Positions 55,275 through 64,000 of a stretch of DNA of 64,000 nt are shown piece after piece (position 1 is the stretch's first letter; each line of letters begins with the position of its first letter). The notes beneath the pieces are model-generated. The model did no database searches. It had not been told where the DNA came from and saw only the letters and a program-made list of their open reading frames with translations. Location: positions 74,557 to 138,556 of the forward strand of contig JAAOMT010000144.1 in assembly GCA_016748015.1 (NCBI GenBank), read 5' to 3'. This stretch comes from Geosiphon pyriformis uo1. Taxonomy: Eukaryota; Fungi; Glomeromycota. The position numbers were made by a program, and so were the translations under genes.

Positions 55275-55793
55275 TTAATAGGTAGTATGGTCTTCTTTTG
55301 CGTTTATACAAGCTTTAATACGAGCAAACATGTTATATATATATTAGTACCACCTCTTCTAGAGGATTTGCCCATTCTTTTTTACTATTCCAATGAAAAC
55401 CTTTTGAGATATAGTTTTTTTTGCCACCATTCCTTCTACTTTTTTCTCAATAAGGTTGAGATCTGGGCTATATGATAATAATTGATGAAAGTCTTGCTTA
55501 GATGTGAAGGACATGTTCTGGAGAATGGAAATGTACCCGAACCTGAGAGCTATTCCCGGACAACTTATTTGCCGACTTCTTCGAACGCCAGATGCCTTTC
55601 TTTGAGCGCTTTAATTTCGGCCGCCAAACGAAATGATTTTCGTGCATTAGGTAGGGAAAAAATAGATGAAAAGATGGACAAATCACGGCAGGAATAAATG
55701 AGGGGTTGTGTGACATCAGGGGCTAACCTAAAATAACATTTATGCGACAAATTTTCTTGATTATGTTACCTCCATTACTTTCCGCCGGGACTA
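55275..55793 (-). mobile_element. Internally deleted Tc1/mariner (IS630-Tc1) transposon relic
   Basis: Minus strand SYSPDLNLIE (cf. SPDLNPIE) at about 55446-55475 and MFARIKACINAKEDHTTY* (cf. MPRR..A.I.AKGGHTKY) ending at 55275. Tc1-like TIR TA|TAGTCCCGGCGGAAAGTAATGG at 55793. Partner TIR not found. Confidence 0.68.
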
Positions 55794-56396
55794 TAGTATT
55801 GGACTACTACAAACTTACAAAGATTTTATAAAACAGCAAAAAAATTACATTGAACAAAATTACCTACATTTCAAAAAATTATTTTGAAAACTTTTTATTA
55901 AACCAAAAATTTGATGGTTTGGTCCATGTAATTAAAGTAATATATATAATTTTATACTTCATTTATTTCCAATTTTTCTTACAACTTATTAAAAAATGGT
56001 TTGGACTTTGAAATTTTTATTTACTATATCTTAAATCTTAAAACTGCAATTACGTCAATCAATTATTATATTTTTTTGATTCCTTAGAGAAAATAACTGA
56101 TATATTTTTACAGTGAGAAATTCTTTATTGTCCATTCTTTATAGTTCACTTATTTGAAGATAAAAAGATGCTTTGTCAAAATATCTTAACTTTAAATTTA
56201 GGCCAATAATTATTGATACTTTTAAATACAAACTTATGCTTTTCGTCTCCGACAATAATTTGCAAACATCTAATTTTCGTATTTATTTTGTAAATCCTCT
56301 TTTTGGAACTAACTTTTTTCAAACACCCGCTAATCCAAAATTCTCGATGCAATTTTTGCGTAATCTAAGTGAAGTAGAAAGAGACCAACAAAGAAA

Positions 56397-56452
56397 CAGA
56401 CAAACAAACAAACAAACAAACAAACAAACAAACAAACAAACAAACAAACAAC
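56397..56452. repeat. (CAAA)n microsatellite
   Basis: About 13 tandem CAAA units. Confidence 0.9.
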
Positions 56453-56738
56453 CAGACATACAAATAAACTTTCAAGATCCAATGATTGGGCGTTTTTATC
56501 AATTTGAGGAATATCTTTTATGGCGTAATTAATAAATTCCCAATTGAGAGGGAAGAAAGATTATATTAAGAAATACATGATTGAGCTATGCTCGATGCGT
56601 TTTTACAAAAATTTTTTACCTCTTATGTGCTACACAGTTTTACAACTTCTAACTGTATTAAAATGTTTTTTTTTTTTAAATTTGGGTTAATATCGGACTC
56701 CAGGTAACGATATGTACTAATTTTACCGTTGAATATTT

Positions 56739-58418
56739 TCATTCAATATTACTAGGGCCCAAAGTTTTTCTTAATGGGACATGAGTGACAAATAAACTAA
56801 CTAGAGTGGCAAACCCAGCCGTGGGAACACCAATTTTAAATACATTTTGCAGGGCAATTACATAGGCATGAATTATAGGGTCTCTAATATCTTCGGGTAA
56901 GGTCCTTACAAACTCTATAGAATTCATGACTTGATCCAGGGGAATGTCTTCAGGTAAAAAATTTAACAAGCTACTTTCTAAAGAATTATTGAAAATCGCC
57001 CCACAAATGGCAAGTCCAAAAATACCACCAACGCTCCGAAAGAAGGTAACTAATGTGGTAACAATTGCGATATCTTTATAATTCACAGATGATTGTGGTG
57101 ATAAGAAGGCAGTTTGTAAAGAACATCCAAGACCAGCGCCGACAAGCCACATATAAGCTATTGCTTGAAGCTGATTTGTAGTCTCATTAAAAGTTCCCAT
57201 CAATCCGCAACCAACGGCAATTGCTGCATACCCAAAAGTAATCCAGCCACGATATTCACCACTCATGCTGGCGGAAAAACCGGACCCTAAAGAAAGTATA
57301 AGCATTCCAGCCAAATAAGGGATTAATTGCAGTCCAGCTTCAGTTGCACCTTGGCCTTTAACCGCTTGAAAATAAAGTGGAATGTAAAATATGGCACCAG
57401 TGTATGGAATACCGATGGCAAAATTGGCAATAAATGAAAGTAGCACGTTCCTAATCTTGAAAAGATGAGATGATATTGTGGGCTCAACTGCTATTCGAAG
57501 TTGGATAAATATAAATAATAGGGTAAGCAAGAGACCGATAACGAGCAAAGAGATAATTTTCGGCGAGTTCCAGGCGTATTTACTGCCTCCCCAGTTAAGT
57601 GGTAAAAGGATAGCAATAAAAGCAGCGAAGAAAACTATTGTCCCAAGGTAATCGACGCGATATAAATTCGCTTTAAATGAGCCGTAAACGTGTGGGAGAT
57701 TCAATAATTTGGCTGTAACTAAAATTGCCAATAAGCCTAATGGAATGTTGATGTAGAATGCCCATCTCCAAGATGCTTGATCTGTCAAAATTCCACCTAC
57801 AAACGGCCCGACGACAGAAGAAATTGCAAATGTTCCAGTAATAATTCCTTGATATTTTCCGCGTTGGCTCAAGGGTACAATATCAGTAATAATGATGTTG
57901 ACTAAAGAAATGATCCCGCCACATCCAACACCAGCAACGCCACGGCTTACAATTAAAAAAGTCATATTAGGTGCTGCACCACACATGACTGAGCCAATTA
58001 TAAAGGCCTCAATGGCGAACAGAAAGACAAATTTTCTTCCAAATATGTCCGAAAGTTTTCCATACAACGGTTGTGAGGCTGTAGAGCTAAGATAATACGC
58101 GGTGCCTACCCAGGCTATATCTGACAATGCATTGAATTCAGATGCAATTTTGGGTAATGCTATTGAAACAATAGTCGAGTCCAAAGCTGCAAGAAATAAT
58201 GCCAATACAAGACCGAGCATTAAGATAGTTCGTTCTTTAGTGGAAGTCTCGATTGTTTGATCGTTAACAGGTTCACTAGGTTTGAGAGGTTTATGGTTTA
58301 TCGTGTCATTTTTGATATATCCGGGAAGATTCGTTCTTGCCTCGTTTGAGGAATAATTTCGAATGTTGTTTTGGATTTGAAGTAATCGTTCAGTTTCATT
58401 GCTTTTTGATGGTGACAT
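56739..58418 (-). CDS. MFS transporter, DHA2 14-TM family, paralog 3, 559 aa from the first ATG, intronless
   Basis: LDSTIVSIALPKI, GKLSDIFGRK, SWRWAFYINIPLG, C-terminal HVPLRKTLGP. ATG at 58418 preceded by an A-rich context; the track start at 58469 is not ATG. Confidence 0.95.
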   Translation of the reverse strand: MSPSKSNETERLLQIQNNIRNYSSNEARTNLPGYIKNDTINHKPLKPSEPVNDQTIETSTKERTILMLGLVLALFLAALDSTIVSIALPKIASEFNALSDIAWVGTAYYLSSTASQPLYGKLSDIFGRKFVFLFAIEAFIIGSVMCGAAPNMTFLIVSRGVAGVGCGGIISLVNIIITDIVPLSQRGKYQGIITGTFAISSVVGPFVGGILTDQASWRWAFYINIPLGLLAILVTAKLLNLPHVYGSFKANLYRVDYLGTIVFFAAFIAILLPLNWGGSKYAWNSPKIISLLVIGLLLTLLFIFIQLRIAVEPTISSHLFKIRNVLLSFIANFAIGIPYTGAIFYIPLYFQAVKGQGATEAGLQLIPYLAGMLILSLGSGFSASMSGEYRGWITFGYAAIAVGCGLMGTFNETTNQLQAIAYMWLVGAGLGCSLQTAFLSPQSSVNYKDIAIVTTLVTFFRSVGGIFGLAICGAIFNNSLESSLLNFLPEDIPLDQVMNSIEFVRTLPEDIRDPIIHAYVIALQNVFKIGVPTAGFATLVSLFVTHVPLRKTLGPSNIE

Positions 58419-59796
58419 TTTTTTTTGTTTCGTTGTAAAATAATAGGACTTTAGAAATAAACAACTCACAGAGAAGAAAGGCTAATCTTTAAGAATATGC
58501 TTTTATTCTTAAAATTTTTTCAATGTTTTTCATGAATTCTTTGTTCAGATAAATCTGTTCTTTGTCAAAAAAATTAAGGAAGTTCTGACAATGTTTTTGT
58601 GCCTCATTATTTATATCGCTCGAGGTCTATTTTGATTGTGTTTTTAATTTTGATTTAATCGGCAACTCAAAAAAAAAAAAAATGTATGCAAGATGGCGTT
58701 GAATGCACTTCTGAACATTGTTATCGTGAGAGATTTGTTTTGCATCGGATAAAATTGTTATAACTCGAAAAAAATCCGAAAAATCGAAACCATTCGATGT
58801 AGAGTTGATTTATTCCCAATTAAATGAATGTAAATCGAGGCGAAAATATCAGTAGATTATGGACCATACGAAATCTCTCAATCGCTGATATATTCTCGCT
58901 TTGAAATGAGCTTTAATTAATAAAATAGGCAAATATATATTAAAAAGTTGAGAGAAAACTTAAGTTTTACCAACTAATTTTAACATAAAATGTTAAAACT
59001 AACCTTAAAAATGTGAAGGTTTCTTCAAAAGATATCGATTCCTTGGTTATTTAGAATTAGGTTAACGGGTTTTTTCTGTAAACGATCTGGCCTAAAACTC
59101 AGAACAAGATCTTTAAACCTATCCAAACAATAACTTTTCGCCATCTTGAGTTTTGACAATCAAAAAGTTTTAAAACTAAATTTCAGGAATTTTTTTTTTC
59201 AAAATAAATCGATTGAAATCTTATTACAACAATGAAAGTTTTCAATATTGTGACAAACTTTAAAATTAAACATTCTAGCTTTTTGTGATCAAGATTTTTA
59301 GATGTATACCAATGAGACGATCAAAAGAAGACGCTCGATCGAGAAAACGCAGATACAATTATGTTATTTTCGGACTTTATGAAATATTTTCTAGAAAAGG
59401 GGAATCCTTTTGAACTGAAAATCTTTATTATATTAAGTAAAATTCATTCAAATCATAATTTTTTGTTTCAAATAATTAAATATAAACCTTCATACCAATG
59501 ATAAGATATCCTTGTTTATTTTCAAATAAAATTTAAAACAAAATTTAAATATAAAAATTTTCTATTTATGTAAACGTAAACTTGATCGGGGAATTAAAGC
59601 TCTTTTTCTGAAAGTCAACAGATAAAAAACCTTTTAATCTCTTTTTTCAACGGAAGTTTTCAACTTGAAATTCATATGCTTTCAATACAATAATAATACA
59701 AAGATATGTTATCACAGGATTTCAATTTTATTATGATAACTCCTGAAATTAAAAAAAAACTTGGGCCAGATGATAAATAAAAGATTTGAAATCTAA

Positions 59797-59834
59797 AAAA
59801 GAAAAGAAAAGAAAAGAAAAGAAAAGAAAAGAAA
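59797..59834. repeat. (GAAAA)n microsatellite
   Basis: About 7 tandem GAAAA units. Confidence 0.85.
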
Positions 59835-60847
59835 TAGTATCGAAGTTTTCAAAATCGGAAAAATCTAAAAATAAAATTAATTTGAATTTAGCTCATTTTT
59901 AAAGGCATGGTTTTTTGAATCGTTATTTACCACTTACTTCTAACCTCCTGTCTTAACTAACTAGCCGCAATGGAATTTGTTTTTTAATGACATTCCTTTT
60001 TTTATGTTTTCCCTAAATAAAATATTAAAAAGAAAATTTCCCCCGATTACAAACAAACTGAAATCATTTAAGCAGAAAATTATTCTAATCGCCAAGCCAC
60101 AGAAAAAAAAATAATGCCATGTGAATATTTAATTTCAGGTTGAAAAATGAAAATGACATAATTTATGATATAATCAAGGAATATCATGGTTTTATTTGAA
60201 TCATTTAAAATACATAGGATACAAACACTACAAAGATCACTAATAATAAAAAGAAATTAGTAGCTTTTGTTTTGTTTATGTATAGTTATTTTATGATCGA
60301 ACTTTTTAATGAAAAAGCATTTTTTTGGCGATTGTACATAAAATAATATGAAATTTGCAAGATTAAATTTAACATTGAAAAATTTTATGTTTACTGTTGT
60401 CTATTGACCTTGAAACATATGTGATTCCAAATTTTGATTGGAAATTCTTTCGCAGAAGGTTTTGAAAATCAATTATTTTTTGGAAAGTTCTATTAGTTGA
60501 TATGTTTTCATATGAAATTTGTTTTTGATTATTGAATTTTTTTGTGTCTAAAAAAGAACTTTTCACTAAATCACTCAAAATATTCAATAAAAGTTTGTTT
60601 CAAACAAAAATAATGACATAAAGAGTACTATTACACCAATCGTTGACCCTTTTTTTAACAAATGTATATGGGACAGTAATAAGAGAATAAATAACTACAT
60701 ATACTTGCGTCTTGATCAGATTGATTTCCTAAACCTCCTGGTTTTCCTATAATATTAAATAACCATTCAAACTTCACAATTCCTACCTTTGATTCTGATA
60801 TAATCATCTGATTTTTAGAATTTCGTGAAACTGACTTGGACAAAATC

Positions 60848-61200
60848 ATGCGAACCTGGATATTTCCCTCCTTTGAGTAAATGGGACGACTGAAAAAAGT
60901 AAATTTATGACATAAAATTTATTACTCTGTTATATTCAAATTTTTGCAAAGTAAATTTCGTACTATTAAAGCAAATTTATTGATAAAATTTTTCCAAGAG
61001 TCTTTTAATATTCCACCTTTAAAAGAAACGTAATCGTATGACTTCCTTTTTGCTATTGAAATTATAAAAAAATGTGGCAAGCTCACTTAATATCCCAAAA
61101 CTAATGAAGAAAAGTTTTTCTGGGTATACGAGACGCAAAAACCAAGTGGATGGCTATGTTCATGTAGTCTCAATAGATCCTAGAATTCGCACTCCATTTA
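60848..61200 (+). pseudogene. TnpB/Fanzor-like RNA-guided nuclease pseudogene, 5' part up to RuvC-I
   Basis: MRTWIFPSFE*MGRLKK (cf. TnpB N-terminal RIYPT.EQ...L) at 60848. ETQNQVDGYVHVVSIDPRIRTPF with the catalytic Asp at 61176-61178 (DPG>DPR by G>A). Internally deleted. Confidence 0.75.
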
Positions 61201-63306
61201 CAGTCAGACCTCCATAAAAGAACCCTCGATAAAAGAACAACCTCTTACAAAGAACATTTTTTTATAGAACCAATTGATTAATTAACAATTTTCCCTTTAT
61301 ATAAGAACAATCTATAAAGGAACAAGAACATAATTTTATCAAAAATTTATTCGAAATTTACCTTCATATAAGAACAAATATCACGTGCTAGATGTTAATT
61401 GGTAATTGGGAAAAGAGTTAGAACGTATTGAATTGATTTCATCCTAACTTTCTTTTAAATCGATTTAAATTGGACTTACTCTTTTTAATCTTGTCTGTTT
61501 TCATGTACAGCCACTTAATCCCTATTGTATTCCAATTCAAGCTTGCTAAAACCAAATCTAATATTATCATTATAGGCACATTTTCTAACAGACTTGCTAA
61601 ATTATCACCTTTATTCAAAAAACAAAAATTACCGGCAGTTAATGATGCTCTTCATAAAGAAATTTGTCAATATACCAAAAATCACTATGGCACGAAACAT
61701 GATGATATTGTAGCTTACTTCAATCATAAATATCCAGAACTTCATATTTCTCGTGTCTCCAAGATAATCAAAGAGCATGCAAAGTGGTTGAATATTGGAA
61801 TTGATGAAATCTCAGAAAGATCTATTCGACACAAAAGCGTTAAATTTCCATTATTAGACCAAGCTTTAAGTTATTGGGTAGAACAAGTAACTGCAGCCAC
61901 TATTGAATTCAATGATCAACTAATTATAGAGAAAGGAAAAGAATTTGCCAAACTTCTTGGTATGCACGAAAATGAAATGCAATTCTTAAATGGATGGGTT
62001 CAAAAATTCAAAAAACCAAACCAGTTACGTGTTTACCAATTTCATGGTGAAGCAGGAAGTGTATCAACTGAAAGTTTACCAGAAGAAAGAAGAAAATTAA
62101 AAACCATTATATCTGAATTTGATCCTGCTGACATATATAATGCTGATGAAACAGGATTATTTTTTCGTATGAGACCAAATCAAACACTTGCAAAATGTCA
62201 AAATGCAGGAAAAAAATTGGTATATTATATTTACCAATTTTTATCGTTATATATTATTGTTATATTAAATTAATTGGGTTTTTTATAGGATAAATCTTGG
62301 ATTACAATTCTTCTTGCTACAAATTCAACTGGATCTCACAAATTGCAACCTTTAGTAATTAAACATGCAAAAAATCCAAGATGCCTTAAAGGAATTAATA
62401 CTTCCAAACTACCAGTAATTTACAAATTCAATTCCAAAGCGCGGATGCACTCAGATATATGGAAAGCATGGCTCAAATATATAAATGAAGGCTTTCGAAT
62501 TCAAAATCAGCACTTTTAGTTAATAATGCAACTTCTCATCATACTCAAATCGGAGAAGATTCATTCCAATTAACCAATATTACTTTGCACTATTTTCCTT
62601 CAAATACAACATCACATCTTCAACCAATGGATGCTGCATTATCAAATCTTTCAAAGGCAAATATAAGCATTTATATTGTCAACATATTTTACATCAATTT
62701 GAACAAAAAATTAATATTGAACAGTTAAGTAATATAATATATACAGTATTATTATCATTATATATTATATAATTTTATCTAATATTAATTTATTTTTTAG
62801 AAATAAATTAAACATAAAACAAGCAATTGATTATGTTGTTCAATCATGGTTTCAAGTAACACCTGTTACAATTCAAACCTGTTGGCAAAAAACGGATATT
62901 CTTTTCTATAATCAAGAATTAGAAATTCAAGAATCCGAAACATCAATTGCTATGGATATATTCAACAATTTACCATCAAATGCACAACAATTGTTCAAAA
63001 ATCTCGAAGATTATACTGTAGCAGTTGATGAATTATTGGCAACTGAAAATATTCTTGATGATAATTAAATTGTAGATATGGTTTTAGCCGATGCTCAAAT
63101 TGAAACCAATACAATTAATGACTCGGAAAAAGAATTAGAAGAATCTCCACCTGCTATAATTACAATTACAGAAGCATTAGATTTGAAGAGCAATTAGCAG
63201 AAGAAAATTTTGGTATAGAAAACCAAAATTACTTAATAAAAAATTATATGAATACGAAAAAATGAAGGAAGATTCTAAAAAACAGGTAACAATTAATCAA
63301 TATTTT

Positions 63307-63339
<33 letters not shown>

Positions 63340-63462
63340 TGATTGATTTAATAAATAAATATAATTTATTTGATAATAATTATAAAACTTTATAATAGAA
63401 CACCTCTAAAATGGAACATAATTTGCATGTCCCAACTGTGTTCTTTTATAGAGGTCTGACTG
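61201..63462 (+). mobile_element. pogo/Tigger-type DNA transposon, structurally complete (2262 bp), transposase inactivated
   Basis: TIRs CAGTCAGACCTC(C/T)ATAAAAGAAC, 22/23 identical (61201-61223 and 63440-63462). TA duplicated at 61199-61200 and 63463-63464. Subterminal AAGAAC repeats. Confidence 0.96.
61620..63070 (+). pseudogene. CENP-B HTH plus DDE_1 transposase with two spliceosomal introns (62220-62288, 62724-62800); frameshifted
   Basis: FPLLDQALSYW, FLNGWVQKFKK, HGEAGSV, IYNADETGLFF; after the intron DKSWITILLATNSTGSHKLQPLVI...NPRC; LLVNNATSH (second Asp to Asn); FPSNTTSHLQPMDA; AIDYVVQSW...TIQTCW. Ends approximate. Confidence 0.88.
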
Positions 63463-63952
63463 TACATGGTATTCTCCAACAAAAGATGTGGGCAAATAGG
63501 ATCTTGTGACATCAGTCATATTGTTCGCCTCTGCAAATTTATGAATGACCTTTGCTCAAAGAAAGATAAATTAAATACCTGCTCAAAACATAAGAAACCT
63601 AAAGCCAGAAAATTAGAAAAGGCGATTACGTGCATGCATCAAAAGATCTTATACTCGCAAACAGAAAGGCTGTCACAGTTTTCATTCACGAATTTGATGC
63701 TATCGTCATTCCTCCCTTTGAGGTATCGGACATGGTGGTCGAAAAGCACGCGAAAAACAGTTAGAAAGATGATATGCTGATTTCGTCAACGTCTGATCAT
63801 CAAGGCAGAGTACCGAATTATCATCCAAAATGAGGCTTATTTGTAAAACGCCGGAATTTGTTATGGATAGAGATGAAAATAGCGCTCGGAGGATCTTCCT
63901 CCGGACATTGCTTGATGGAGCAATGCTTATTAATGATGTTCATGTGAATTAA
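63463..63952 (+). pseudogene. TnpB/Fanzor-like nuclease pseudogene, 3' part (bridge helix region, RuvC-II, zinc ribbon remnant, RuvC-III)
   Basis: Across frameshifts: TWYSPTK / IGSCDISHIVRLCKFMNDLCSK...ARKLEKAITCMHQKI / RKAVTVFIHEFDAIVIPPFEVSDMV / RKTVRKMIC*FRQRLIIKAE...IIQNEAY / MDRDENSARRIFLRTLLDG...TAA. Confidence 0.88.
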
Positions 63953-64000
63953 TAAATCTTTGTGACTCCTTCCCCATTTAGCATATATTTTAATTAATTT

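Noticed and set aside
56173-56532. 119-aa ORF with QTNK repeats
   Set aside because: Produced by the (CAAA)n microsatellite; non-ATG start.
14288-58095. Short antisense or alternate-frame ORFs overlapping the MFS, kinase and LINE genes
   Set aside because: Shadow ORFs of real coding sequence with no independent motifs.
63466-63780. 104-aa ORF as an independent gene
   Set aside because: It is a chimera of in-frame and out-of-frame pieces of the nuclease pseudogene.

Overview
Eukaryotic, very AT-rich, intron-containing fungal DNA. The kinase type and repeat load suggest Glomeromycotina/Mucoromycota (inference, not verified). Host genes: a 4-exon CDC42, a 5-exon Mpv17/SYM1 (with an assembly duplication across an N gap), a GRF zinc-finger/coiled-coil gene, a 4-exon TKL-like kinase, and three intronless paralogous 14-TM DHA2 MFS transporters that all carry an N-terminal acidic dileucine motif. 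About half the window is transposon. There are three near full-length RNase H-containing LINEs of different ages. Two of them are nested, and a non-autonomous LTR element sits inside the inner one. There is also a Tc1 relic and a complete but dead pogo/Tigger element with TIRs, TA duplication and introns. The main finding is invisible in the ORF track: the pogo element has jumped into a TnpB/Fanzor-like RNA-guided nuclease gene. Removing it restores SIDP(G>R)IRTPFTWYSPT, followed by IPPFEVSDMV, QNEAY and MDRDENSARRIFLR. The LTR element also has a 15-bp U5 inverted repeat that pairs with its own primer-binding site, and a dUTPase relic. All assignments come from manual reading and recalled motifs; no searches were run.
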